From Thermoanaerobaculia bacterium (GTDB lineage Bacteria > Acidobacteriota > Thermoanaerobaculia > Multivoradales > JAGPDF01): a stretch of 64,000 nucleotides of DNA. Shown one piece after another: positions 23,071-33,162 of this stretch (positions within the stretch are counted from its first letter, which is position 1; every line of letters starts with the position of its first letter). Below the pieces are notes generated by a model. That model made no database searches and was not told the origin of the DNA. It worked only from the letters and a program-made list of their open reading frames with translations. The stretch spans positions 6,231-70,230 of the forward strand of contig CAWBFZ010000011.1 in NCBI GenBank assembly GCA_963788175.1, given 5' to 3'. The position numbers were made by a program, and so were the translations under genes.

Positions 23071-23873
23071 GTGCTGCGCGTCGGAATCGTCAACTACATC
23101 AACAGCCGCCCTCTGTCCCGCGGACTCGTCCTGTCCGCGGGCCGGAGGCAGCGAGGGCGGTTTCGTCTGTGAGAGCCTGCCGCCGGCGGTGATCGCCGAC
23201 CGGCTCGCTGCGGGCACGCTCGACGTCGGCCTGGTGCCGTCGATCGAGCTGGCGCGGATTCCGGGCCTGACGGTGCTGCCCGGCCTCGCCATCGCCGCGA
23301 CGCACGAGGTGCGCAGCGTCCTCCTGGTGTCGAAAGTGCCGATCGGCGAGATCGCCTCGGTGGCGCTCGACGAGAACAGCCGCACCTCCGCCGCCCTCGT
23401 CCGCATGATCCTTGCGGATCGCTACGGCCTCACGCCCCGTCTTCCGGCCGGCGCACGCGGACATCGACGCGATGCTCGCGGCGGCCGACGCCGCCCTGAT
23501 CATCGGCGACCCGGCGCTCACTGTGCCGCGCGAGAAGTACGTCGTCCTCGACCTCGCCGGCGAATGGCTCGAGATGACCGGCCTGCCGTTCGTCTTCGCG
23601 GTCTGGGCCGTGCGCGCAGAGGTCGCTACTGCCGATCTCGTCGCCCCCTTCACTGCGAGCCTCGAGACCGGCCTCGCCGAGCTCGACATGATCGTCACCG
23701 AGACCGCTGCCGAGACCGGCCTCGCCCCGGCGATCCTGCGCGACTACTTCACCCGGAACCTCCGCTACCGCATGGGCCCCGCCGAGCAGGCTGGCCTCGC
23801 CGAATTCCTCCGCCGCGCCGAAACCCACGGCCTCACCTCGGGTTCCTCGGCTCTGCGCTTCGCGCGCGTCTGA
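23071..23873 (+). CDS. mqnA: chorismate dehydratase MqnA (futalosine menaquinone pathway); 2 frame breaks (about 23150 and 23440)
   Basis: GTG at 23071: LRVGIVNYINSRPL. Then ORF 23189..: PPAVIADRLAAGTLDVGLVPSIELARIPGLTVLPGLAIAATHEVRSVLL...ALDENSRTSAALVRMIL. Then ORF 23412..23873: ADAALIIGDPAL...LPFVFAVWAVR. Confidence 0.75.
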
Positions 23874-23889
23874 CCCTGCGCGCGAAGCG
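23856..23889. terminator. GC-rich hairpin between convergent mqnA and the radical SAM gene
   Basis: 12-bp perfect stem CGCTTCGCGCGC / GCGCGCGAAGCG with a 10-nt loop spanning the mqnA stop. No U-tract on either side, so function as a terminator is uncertain. Confidence 0.4.
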
Positions 23890-23898
23890 GGCCTCTCG

Positions 23899-24987
23899 TC
23901 ACTCCGGTTGAGTCAGTGCGAAGACGCAACCGCGGCAGATGAAGTCGGCGGGGGCTTCCTCGACGCCGTAGACCCAGCGGCGCATCTGCGCGAGCCCGGG
24001 GCCGGCGAGAACCTCGGCGACGGTCTCCGTGTTCAGATCGCCCACCTCGAGCTTCTCGTCGTAGTCCTCGCAGCACAGGATGCACTTGGCATGCGGGGTG
24101 ATGTGAAGGTGCTGGAAGGGGCGCGAGCCGACGTTGTCGCAACCGCGGAGCCGGGCGACCGGCTGCGCGGGCCTGGCGCCGATCTGCAGGTAGCCGGCGC
24201 GGTCCATCACTTCGAAGTACTTCACCGTGAACCGGCTGCCGGCGAAGCGCGCGGTGATCTCCGCGAAGTCGCGCCGGTGGTCATCGTTCCCCGTGCCCAG
24301 CACCACCATGTCCATCTGCTCGGCGAGCGGCTGGTCCTTGGCGTAGTCGAGGTTCTTCAGCACGACGTTGACGTGGTCGCCGCCGCGCTCCTTCTTGTAG
24401 CGCTCGCGGTCGATCGTCGACAGGTTGATCGACAGGAAGCGCAGGCCGCCCATCGCGACGAGGGCGTCCACCCGGTCCGGCGTCAGACCCGTGCCGTTGG
24501 TGAGCACCGCCGGCGGCAGCCCCGCGGCGCGGATCGCCCGCACCTGCTCGACGAAGCGCTTGTCGGCGGTCGGCTCGTTGTAATTGATCATGAACAGCGC
24601 TTCGATCGTCGACTTGTAGTCCGAGAGCTCGCCGAGGATGCGCTCGTAGAGCTCGGTCGGCATGAAGTGGTTCTCGCGCGGTGCGATCGACACCGGACAG
24701 AAGTAGCACGACTGGTTGCAGACCGTGTGCGCCTCGAGCGAGACGTACTTGAGCCGGAACGACTGCGAGGTCTTCCCGGGGTCGGAGATCACCCAACCGC
24801 CGGCGGAAAGCGCTGCGAGGTCGGCCGGCGCCGGAGCGCCGCCCTCCTGAAGGGTCCGGAGCGCCGCGAAGAGCGGGTCGCCGACCGCCAGGGCGCCGTC
24901 GGTGAGCGGGTTGTAAGACCGCTCGGAGGTCGTGTGCAAGTAGGGGCTCAACCGGCCCGGGCCCGGGGCGTTCGGGAAATCAGACAT
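23899..24987 (-). CDS. radical SAM enzyme with Cys-rich SPASM/twitch-like C-terminal domain
   Basis: ATG at 24987 (MSDFPNAPG...) inside ORF 23899..25443. CX3CX2C cluster CNQSCYFC; C-terminal cysteines CDNVGSRPFQHLHITPHAKCILCCEDY...FICRGCVF. Intact 362 aa. The start overlaps the ABC ATPase stop by 8 nt. Confidence 0.8.
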   Translation of the reverse strand: MSDFPNAPGPGRLSPYLHTTSERSYNPLTDGALAVGDPLFAALRTLQEGGAPAPADLAALSAGGWVISDPGKTSQSFRLKYVSLEAHTVCNQSCYFCPVSIAPRENHFMPTELYERILGELSDYKSTIEALFMINYNEPTADKRFVEQVRAIRAAGLPPAVLTNGTGLTPDRVDALVAMGGLRFLSINLSTIDRERYKKERGGDHVNVVLKNLDYAKDQPLAEQMDMVVLGTGNDDHRRDFAEITARFAGSRFTVKYFEVMDRAGYLQIGARPAQPVARLRGCDNVGSRPFQHLHITPHAKCILCCEDYDEKLEVGDLNTETVAEVLAGPGLAQMRRWVYGVEEAPADFICRGCVFALTQPE

Positions 24988-26242
24988 TGACTCGGGTCTC
25001 CGTTGGAACGGCTGCCGCGCCTGCGGAGCCGCCGCTCCAGCGATGCGGAAAGTGCGCCAGGCCGATCGCGTAGCGTGGAGACTCCACGGCGAAGGCGTCG
25101 GCGAGAATCTGGCGGTCGAAGATGTGCAGTCCCGCTCCGTCGAGCAGAAAGGCATAGACGGTGAACCGTCCCTTGATGATCTGCAGGTCCGGCAGCTCGA
25201 GGCGCACTGAATAGCTGCGGCTGCCGGTGAATGCCGGCTTGCTGTCCTGCCGGGTGCTGAAGGAGCAGACCTCGACGCCGTCGATGCGGTTGAGGCCGAC
25301 GCCGACATGGAACTCGAGTCCAGGGTCGTCAGTCTTCCAGGCGATGTCGAGCGCGAAGATCTCGCCCTGGCGCGCGAGGGGGCCGCCGGGCAGGCGGACG
25401 TCGCTGATCCGGGCCGGCCCGGCGACCAGGGCGTCGTCGGCATGGCTGTGTCCGGCCTTGGCGAGCAGGAACTCCTCGTACTTGCGGACCACTTCCTGGG
25501 ACGGGCCGCAGGCTGCGATCTTGCCGTTCTGCAACCAGAGGGCCTGGGTGCAGAACGCCGAGATGTAGTACATGGCGTGCGAACAGAGGACGAGCGTCCC
25601 GCCGCCGGAGGTGAACTCGAGCAGCCGGTCGATGCACTTCTTCTGGAAGTAGCCGTCGCCCACCGAGAGCGCCTCGTCGATGATCAGGACGTCGGGCTCG
25701 ACCTGGGTGGCGATGGCGAACCCCAGGCGCATCGCCATGCCGGTCGAATAGGTCTTCACCGGCTGGTCGATGAACCCTTCGAGCTCGCTGAAGGCGATGA
25801 TCTGCGGCGTCTTCTCGCGGATCACGCTCTCGGATAGCCCGAGCAGGGCGGCGTTCAGCACGATGTTCTGCCGGCCGGTGAGCTCCGGATGGAACGCCGA
25901 GCCGAGCTCGAGGATCGAGGCCACCTTGCCGCGCACGGCGAGCTCCCCGGAACTGGGTGCGGTGATCCCGGAGAGGATTTTCAGCAGCGTGCTCTTGCCG
26001 GCGCCGTTCTCTCCGATGAGGCCGAAACCCTGGCCGGCCGGGACCTCGAAGCTGACGTTGTCGAGGGCGTGAAAGGCGCGGTGCCGGGGCCGCCGGGTGA
26101 GGAGCTCCACGGCGCGGCTCATCGGATTGGCGTGCACCCGGTAGACTTTGCTGAGCTGTGAAACTGTGACTGCGGCGGGCGCCGGGGTGGCGGCGGCAGG
26201 CAGGGTCTGGACGGTGGTTGCGGCGAGTCCGGACATGGGCAC
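24980..26242 (-). CDS. Wzt/TagH-type polysaccharide-export ABC transporter ATP-binding protein with C-terminal Wzt_C-like domain
   Basis: Intact 420 aa. Walker A GENGAGKST, signature YSTGMAMRLGFA, Walker B LIIDEALSVGD. The ~150-aa beta-rich C-domain (ISDVRL...FALDIAW...VCSFST...GRFTVYAFLLD) resembles Wzt carbohydrate-binding domains. Confidence 0.8.
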   Translation of the reverse strand: MPMSGLAATTVQTLPAAATPAPAAVTVSQLSKVYRVHANPMSRAVELLTRRPRHRAFHALDNVSFEVPAGQGFGLIGENGAGKSTLLKILSGITAPSSGELAVRGKVASILELGSAFHPELTGRQNIVLNAALLGLSESVIREKTPQIIAFSELEGFIDQPVKTYSTGMAMRLGFAIATQVEPDVLIIDEALSVGDGYFQKKCIDRLLEFTSGGGTLVLCSHAMYYISAFCTQALWLQNGKIAACGPSQEVVRKYEEFLLAKAGHSHADDALVAGPARISDVRLPGGPLARQGEIFALDIAWKTDDPGLEFHVGVGLNRIDGVEVCSFSTRQDSKPAFTGSRSYSVRLELPDLQIIKGRFTVYAFLLDGAGLHIFDRQILADAFAVESPRYAIGLAHFPHRWSGGSAGAAAVPTETRVNV

Positions 26243-26430
26243 CGGAAGTATACGGTTGCCGCCGTGCGGGCGCGGATCTGCCCGCCTCGCGGGCGGATGC
26301 CGATGCGCTCGCGCAGGCTTCCGGGACGAGCCTGGGTTCTCTCAGGGAACCTTCACGGGGCGTGTTAGGCTTCGCGACCCACGGGCCCCGAGGCGATTCG
26401 GGCCCTCCGGCGACAGGAATCGACGCGACC

Positions 26431-26911
26431 ATGTCCTGCAAGCACTCGACTGCATCGTTCGACCGCCGGACTCGTCGCAGCCCTGGCCCTCCTGTGCTGG
26501 ACCGGATGCCGGTCCGCAGCGCCGCCGGTGCCGGCCCCTGCCCCGACCCCCGCGCCCGCGGCAGCCGTGCCGGCGGCTGCGGCCGCCACGACGCCCCCGA
26601 CAACTCCGGCACCGCCCTACCGGAACACCATCCGCTGGACGACGGCGAGCGAGGTCGACAGCTTCGGCTTCGACGTCTTCCGGGGCGAGAGCGCCGAGGG
26701 CCCGTTCGAGCGGCTGAACGCCAAGCCGATCGCCGGCGCCGGCACCTCCGACGAGAGCCACTCCTACGCCTGGGTCGACGAAACGATCGATCCGGCGAAG
26801 GACTACTACTACTACGTCGAGAGCATCTCCATCGACGGCGTGCGCGAGAAGTTCACCCCGGTCCAGCGGGCTCGCGCCAAGTTGCCGCCTTCGCCTACTT
26901 CAGCTCCTTGA
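26431..26911 (+). CDS. small lipoprotein with Pro/Ala linker and beta-sandwich (FN3-like) domain; frame break in the signal peptide (about 26465)
   Basis: ATG at 26431 (MSCKHSTASFDRR) is one frame off from ...GLVAALALLCWTGC (lipobox-like) RSAAPPVPAPAPTPAP... of ORF 26528..26911. The domain is RWTTASEVDSFGFDVFRGESAEGPFERLN...YYYYVESISIDGVREKFTP. Confidence 0.55.
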
Positions 26912-26925
26912 CTGTTTCTGCGCTC

Positions 26926-29397
26926 GTGCGTCGCCGTTCGGCAATCTTCTGCTGCGCAGCGTTGGCGGTGGCCGGGACGGCCTTCGCCGCGCGCGCCGAG
27001 ACGGTGCGTCCTCCGATCAAGATTTTCCTCTCCGAGCCCGGTGTCTACCGGATCTCCTATGAGGATCTCGTCGCCGCCGGGTGGCCGCCGCGGGAGCTCG
27101 CGAGCCTGCGCCTGCATCTGCGAGTCGGTGCGGCGACCGTGCCGATCTGGGTCGAAGACGGCGGTGATGGCCGGTTCGGCGCGGGCGACTCGGTGCTCTT
27201 CGCCGGCGACCGGCTGCCAGGCGAACACGGCTATTACAACGAGTATTCGAGCCTCAACGTCTACTGGCTGTTCGACGATTCGAAGCTTGCCGCGAGTCCG
27301 GTGGCGGCGCCGGGAACCCTCCCACGCACCGCGGCGCGTCTGCGACCGGGCTCGAGCCCGGTACGGGCGTCGTCGGCGCCTGTACCCTCGCACTGGCAGC
27401 GCCGGAGCCGGCTGGAGGAGGATCGCCTCCTGTTGCGCTATCCGCACGACGGAATGGAGGATCAGGAGCTCTGGTTCTGGAAGAAGCTGTCGTATCTCGA
27501 TACCGATCAGTTCGAAGTCCCGGTCGATCTCGGCGACGTCGATCGCGCATCGGCGGAGTCGGGCGCAGCTGCCGCCGCGGTCGAGATCACCGTCGAAGTG
27601 CGCGGCTGGTCGAGACCGCGCATCAAGCCGAATCCGGAGTTCGCCGATCACGCGGTCGAAGTGGTCTGGGACGGCGCAGTGGTTGGCCGCCGGGAGTGGT
27701 CGGGCACGGCGCAGGCCGAGAGGATCGAAGTCCGCCTGCCGGCGGCGCAGGTGCAGCCGGGGATCCACAAGCTCGCGCTGCGCGTGCCAGAGCGGCCGGC
27801 GACCGACAACCTGCCGCTGGTCGACGTTTCGATCCTGAACTGGCTGGAGGTCGTCGCGCCGCGCACCTCCGCTCTCGCTCCCGAGGCAGCTTCCGCGGCG
27901 CCCGCTGGCCAGTTCCGGATCGAACCCAGGCCGGACCGCGCCGGGCAGCCGGCCGGGCTCTCGATTCCGCCCGGGGGCAGCTTCGAGCTTTTCACCGATG
28001 CCGGCGAGCGCTTTGTGCTGGCGGCACCGGGGGGCATGCCAAGGGTCGCGGAGATCGCTGCGGCGAGCGCCGTCGTGGGTCGTACTGGCCGGGCGGTACC
28101 TGTCGCCGCACGCCTTGGAGCTCGACCAGCCTTCGCGCTGGCGGCAGGCCGATCTGCAGGCCGACTATCTGATCGTCGCGCACCCGCGGCTCCTCGCCGC
28201 GCTCGCGCCTCTCGTCGCCCTGCGCCGCAGCCAGGGACTCACCGTGGCCGAGATCGACGTGCGCGACGTCTACGACGAGTGGAGCGGCGGCGTGACCGAT
28301 CCGCGCGCCATCCGCGACTTCGTCGACTTCGCATTCCACCACTGGCGGGCCCCGGCGCCGCGCTTCCTGCTGCTGGTCGGCGACGCGAGCTGGGACGGCA
28401 AGAACGAGCATCCCGTCGGAGCTTCGCCCGACTGGGCTTTCCGGCTCTCCGACCGGGCCGAGTTCATCGAGAACGGCAGCACGCCCTATCGCTCGGACGT
28501 GCTCGCCGCGTCGCGCAATCTCGTCCCGACCTGGGGCTACGGCAGCGCCGAAGGGCACGCGGCAGGTGACAACGCCTTCGTCGCCATCGACGGCGAAGAC
28601 GAGTTCCCCGACCTGGCCGTCGGGCGCTTCCCGGTGATCGATCCCCACGAGGTCGAGGCCATTGTCGCCAAGATCGTCGCCTACGAGCAGGCGCCCGAGC
28701 CCGGCGACTGGCGTTCGCGCATTCTCTGGGTGACGAACGAGGAGAGCCGCACCCAGAAGACGAGCGACGATCTCTGCGGCGGAGCTCGCGCCGCACGGCT
28801 ACTCGGCGCGCAAGATCTATCCGATGCCCGTGGTGCCGCCGACCTCCGACGACCAGATGGCGTTGCGCGGCGCCTTCGACGAAGGTGCCCTGCTGGTGCA
28901 CTTCTTCGGCCACGGCGGGCGCTACATCTGGCGCACGGCGGCGCCCGATCTGGCCTCCCAGCGCGACCTCTTCGACCTCTCGGACGTCGAGGCGCTCGAG
29001 TCCACGGGCAAGCTCCCGCTCGTGCTCAGCATGACCTGCTACTCGGCGCCGTTCGATCATCCGACGGCGGACTCGATCGGCGAGAAGCTCCTGCGCGAGC
29101 CGGGAAAGGGCGCGGTGGCGGTCTTCGCGGCCTCGTGGCGCAACGGTCCGCGCGAGGAGTGGAGCCGCATCCTGCTCGAGGAGCTGCTGCAGCCGGGGAC
29201 GGTGGGCGAGGCACTCGAGCGCGCGAAGCGGCGGGCCGAATCACCTCGATCTGATCCGGCAGTACAACCTCCTCGGCGATCCGGCGATGCGCCTGGCACT
29301 GCCGGCCCCGGCGGGGAGTGTTTCCGCTCCGGTGCCGGAGCCGCAGGTCGCTCCGAATGCCGGACAGGCCGCGGATGGTCGAGCCCCGGCTCCCTAG
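26926..29397 (+). CDS. peptidase C25 (gingipain-like cysteine peptidase) family protein; 3 frame breaks (about 28075, 28775, 29240)
   Basis: GTG at 26926 plus Sec signal MRRRSAIFCCAALAVAGTAFA. Pieces are in ORFs 26218..28569, 27998..29254 and 28824..29645. Carries ADYLIVAHP...VRDVYDEWSGGVTDPRAIRDFV...FLLLVGDASWD, AGDNAFV...DLAVGRFPV, catalytic-type FFGHGG and LSMTCYSAPF, then QYNLLGDPAMRL, stop 29395-29397. Confidence 0.7.
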
Positions 29398-30790
29398 ACC
29401 GTCCTCGCGGCTGCACTTTCCCGGCGCGCCGATCCCGGCACGCGCGCTGGCCGGCCTCTTCGTGCTGGCCGCGCTGCTCCAGCTCGGGCTCGCTCGCCTC
29501 GAGGGCCCGCTCGCACAGCCCCATTCCCGGTCGCTCTCCGGCGACGAGAAGCGCTACGTCGAGGTGGCGACCGCGTGGGCGGCGGGTGAACCGGCGGAGC
29601 TCGATCCGCTCTGGCCTCCCGGCTATCCGGCGGCGGTCGCCCTGATCCTGCGCTGCGGCGGCTCGCTGGGGTGGGTCGTCGGCCTGCAGATGCTCTCCCT
29701 GCTCGCCGCGGGCGTCGCGCTCGGCGGCCTCGCGCGCGAGGCCGGGGCGACGCCCTGGATCGCCTGGCTCGCCGCGGCGCTCCTCGTTGTCGATCCGGAG
29801 GTCGCCGGCGTTCGCGTGGCTCTTCCGGCCCGAGGCGCTGCATCTCGCACTGCTCGTCGCGGCGCTGCTGCTCGCGATCCGCTGGCACGCCAGGCGGACG
29901 GGCCAGCCGCGAGCCGCCGGCTGCTGCTCCTCTGCTCGGCGTCGTGGCCGGATGGCGATCGCCCTGAAGAGCCTCCTGCTGCCGTTGCGCCGGTGCTCCT
30001 GCTCTGCCGCTGCTGCGCGCTCCCGGCTGGCGGCAGCGGCTGACGCGCGGATGGCTCGTCGCGCTGCCGCTCGTGGTCGTGCTCGAGCCCGGTGGCGCTC
30101 TTTCATCATGCGCACAGCGGCATCCTGGACGTTGGGCGGCAGCGCGCGCTTCAATCTCTGGGTCGGACTGACCGATCGCGCGCTCGCGCAGTCTCGCCGA
30201 GGATCGCACCTGGGCGGAGTACCTGAGCTATCGCGCCGGAGGAGCGACCTTCGCCGAGCGCCAGGCGCGCTCACGAGGCGCCTCCGCGACCTCGTCGAAG
30301 TGCGCGGCCTGCCGGCGGTCCTCGCCGGACAGTTCCCGCGCCAGTACTTCCGGCTGTTCGATCGCGAGTCCTACTTCAGCGCCATGCTGCCCACCCGCGG
30401 GGCCGCCGGTATCTCGCCGGCGAGGGCTACCGCGCCGCGCCGCCACTGGCTCGCCCGCCTTTTCGGCGCCGGCGCAGCTCGTGCTCTACTGTCGCGATCC
30501 TCTGCTGCGCGCCGTTCGGCCTGGTGCGCCTGCTGCGGGAACGACGCCCGGGGGCCTGCTGGGTCGCCGCTCTGCTCGTCTATCAGCTCGTCCTGTTCTA
30601 CTTCCTGCACGTCAAGTCGCGCTACCGGCTGACGCTCCTGCCGCTGCTCGTCCTCGGCGCGGCTTGGGCGGTCGAGACCGTCCGGCGGCGAGGACGGGCA
30701 GGAGGGCTCGCCGGTCTCCGCGCTTCGACCTCGCTCTCGGCGGCGCGCGGCGCCGCGCTGCTGCTCTACTTCGCCTTCGGCGCCGCCTGA
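29357..30790 (+). CDS. polytopic membrane protein, GT-C (ArnT/PMT_2-like) glycosyltransferase candidate; heavily frame-disrupted (at least 4 breaks)
   Basis: Hydrophobic, protein-like pieces in ORFs 29318.., 29787.. and 30524..30790 (SGDEKRYVEVATAWAAGE...LWPPGYPAAVALIL, FAWLFRPEALHLALLVAALLLAI, FNLWVGLTD, WVAALLVYQLVLFYFLHVKSRYRLTLLPLLVLGAAWA). Family assignment is tentative. Confidence 0.4.
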
Positions 30791-32074
30791 GAAGCAGGCG
30801 CAGCCGGCGACCGCGCCCTTGACCGGCTGCCCGGCTTGAACCCGACATCGGGCGCGAAGGTCGGCTTCGCGGCCCAGGCGACGAGCTCCAGCGTCGTGGC
30901 GTCGAAGGTCAGGTGCTCCTGCGCGTAGCGCGCGCGCGTCTCCGCCATCGCGGCGAGCTCCTCGCGGATGCTCGGCCGCCCAGCAGAGCCGGTCGGCCAG
31001 CGCGTCGGCGTCGCCGACCGGGAAGGTGAGTCCGAGCCGGCGGCTGCTCGAGGAGCTCGCCCAGATCGCCGATCTGGTTGTAGGCCACCGCGAGGCCAGA
31101 GCTCATCCACTGGACGACACGGTTCTTGCTGCCCAGCATGCCCTCGTAGATCGGCTTCTCGGTCAGGACCCCGAGGTCGGAGCCGGCCACGACCGCCGGC
31201 AGCTCGTCGGCGATCAGCCAACCGCGCAGATCGAAGCGATCGGCGAAGCGGGAGCGCCGGCGCGCTCGACCAGCTCGCCGATAGGTCGATTCGTCGTGGC
31301 CGGGAATCTCGCCGCCGGTCGAGACGAACCGGATCCGGGCGTTGCGCTCCATGGCGCGCTCGAGCCCGGCGACCAGCGTCCGGACATCGCTCCAGGTGTT
31401 GTAGCTGCCGCTCCAGAGCACCCGGAAAGTCTCCTCGCGTCCCGGCGCGGCGGTGTGCGGGCGGCGCTGGTCCGCGGCCGGTTTCGGGCAGCAGGGCACA
31501 GGGGACGACCGCGATGAAGTCGTAGCCGATGGTGCGGAAGGTCAGACGGCCGACCGCTCCGAGCTCGCCGATCGCCGCCCACTTCTGGCGCTCCGAGACG
31601 ACCGAGATGCGGTCGGCCCGGCAGAGCACGGGCTCGACCAGCTGCCAGAAGTACGGGACGACGTCGTCATGCCCGTCGAGCGCCGACTTGGCCTGCGCCT
31701 CGGCCATGACATGCCCGAACTGATCGGCCCAGAAGGGGACCTCGGGCTGCGCGACCGTCAGCGCGTACGAGCCGTAGATCGTCGCGCCGAGGACGCAGCC
31801 TCGGGCGAAAACTCGGCGACCTGGGAGCGGTAGTGCGCTCGGGATCGACGAACAGGTCGCGGGGATGCGCTCGATGCGCACGCCGTCGACGGTCTCGAGC
31901 TCGACCGGCGGCGCGACATAGGCGTCGTCCAGCACGACCGCGAGCAGCGCGGACCTCGTGCCCGGCCTCGGCGAGCGAGCGCGCGAACTGCCAGGTCCGG
32001 ATACCCGGACCGTAGTTCTTCCGGGTGTTCTCGAACGGCAGCGGCGCGACGCCGTAGATCAGGATGCGACTCAT
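30766..32074 (-). CDS. glycosyltransferase family 4 (GT-B); heavily frame-disrupted
   Basis: ATG at 32074 MSRILIYGVAPLPFENTRKNYGPGIRTWQFARSLAEAGHEV (ORF 31667..32371). Then VLDDAYVAPPVELETVDGVRIERIP...DDVVPYFWQLVEPVLCRADRISVVSERQKWAAIGELG (30766..31935). Then FRVLWSGSYNTWSDV...RIRFVSTGGEIPGHD...GSKNRVVQWMSSGLAVAYN (30909..31499). ATGA overlap with the upstream gene. Confidence 0.6.
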
Positions 32075-33162
32075 TTCGGGACGTCTCCGGCTGACGGATT
32101 CCCAGGGCCGGCCGCGCGCAGACGACCTCTGGGAGGGTGATGACCGGGACCGTCCCCGCCGGTTTGAGCAGCTTCCACCAGGACTCGTCGCCGCCGTGGC
32201 GCAGGCGTGCCGCGAGGATTCGCGGCAGCAGCGCCAGGGCGCCGAGCCAGGCGCGCTTCTGGCGGTCCGCTGACAGCCGAGATCGCAGGTCCCTGCAGCC
32301 GGCCGCGATAGGCCGCGCGCTCGTCGCGGACGAGTCCGGGCAGGGCGCGCAGGAGGCGCCGCCAGGGCCAATGCAGCAGCATGAGGATCCAGCGGTTGCG
32401 CCAGAACAGAAAGAGCTTGAACTCGGAGCCGGACCGGCGGTCGCGGAGACGGCGTGCGCGACGACGGCGTCCGGCACCAGCCAGATCGACTGTCCGCGCC
32501 GCCGCAAACGCAGGCAGAGGTCGAGGTCCTCCATGTAGAAGTCGAAGAGCTGGCTCCAGCCGCCGGCGGCCTCGAAGGCGTCGCTGCGGATCAGGATGGC
32601 CGAACCGGTCACCGCGAGGACCTCCTCGCGCCCGGGGAGCGGGAGGTGGCTGGCGACGGGCAGGCCGATGCCCTCGTCCCAGGCCTCGCCGCGCGGTGGA
32701 GAGGTTGAGCCCGAGGCTGTTCAGGTGATCTTCGGCTCCCCAGATCAGGATCAGCGGGCCGGCCGCCGCGGCTCGGGATGCTCGCCTCGAGAGACGCTCG
32801 CCAGGCGCGCCAGGGTGTCCGGGCGCACGACGGCGTCGTTGTTGAGGAAGAAGTAGGCGTCGACCGACGGCAGGTGAGCCGCGGCTCCAGGCCACGGCGC
32901 GGTTGTTGGCCTCGCCGAAACCGATCGTGCCGGGCGAGGCGACGTCGATGGATCCGCGGCTCGTGCTCGAACCCAGTCCGGGAGGGCCTCGCGGCATTCG
33001 TTCTCGAACAGGACGACGTCGAGATCGACGCCCGGTGCTGGCGAGCACCGCGCGCAGACAGTGATCGAGCAGCTCGGAGTTGCGGTGGTGCACCACGATG
33101 GCCGCGGACCCTCGGGCGTGAGCCCCCGCGAGGCTGGGCGACGGATGGCTTCCGACGATCAC
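32071..33162 (-). CDS. glycosyltransferase family 2; heavily frame-disrupted
   Basis: Pieces: AAIVVHHRNSELLDHCLRAVLAST, GTIGFGEANNRAVAW, YFFLNNDAVVRPDTLARL, VTGSAILIRSDAFEAAGGWSQLFDFYMEDLDLCLRLRRRGQSIWLVPDAVVAH, EFKLFLFWRNRWILMLLHW, spread over ORFs 32071..34611, 32609..33529 and 31758..32612. GTG at 33162 overlaps the upstream stop (GTGA). Stop 32071-32073 overlaps the GT4 ATG. Confidence 0.6.
   Translation of the reverse strand: MIVGSHPSPSLAGAHARGSAAIVVHHRNSELLDHCLRAVLASTGRRSRRRPVRERMPRGPPGLGSSTSRGSIDVASPGTIGFGEANNRAVAWSRGSPAVGRRLLLPQQRRRRAPGHPGAPGERLSRRASRAAAAGPLILIWGAEDHLNSLGLNLSTARRGLGRGHRPARRQPPPAPRARGGPRGDRFGHPDPQRRLRGRRRLEPALRLLHGGPRPLPAFAAARTVDLAGAGRRRRARRLRDRRSGSEFKLFLFWRNRWILMLLHWPWRRLLRALPGLVRDERAAYRGRLQGPAISAVSGPPEARLARRPGAAAANPRGTPAPRRRRVLVEAAQTGGDGPGHHPPRGRLRAAGPGNPSAGDVPK

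Noticed and set aside
23899-24987. The radical SAM gene as MqnC/MqnE of the futalosine pathway, since it abuts mqnA
   Set aside because: It is convergent with mqnA and co-translated with the ABC ATPase. It has a SPASM/twitch-like Cys-rich C-terminus rather than the CofG/CofH-like MqnC/E layout.
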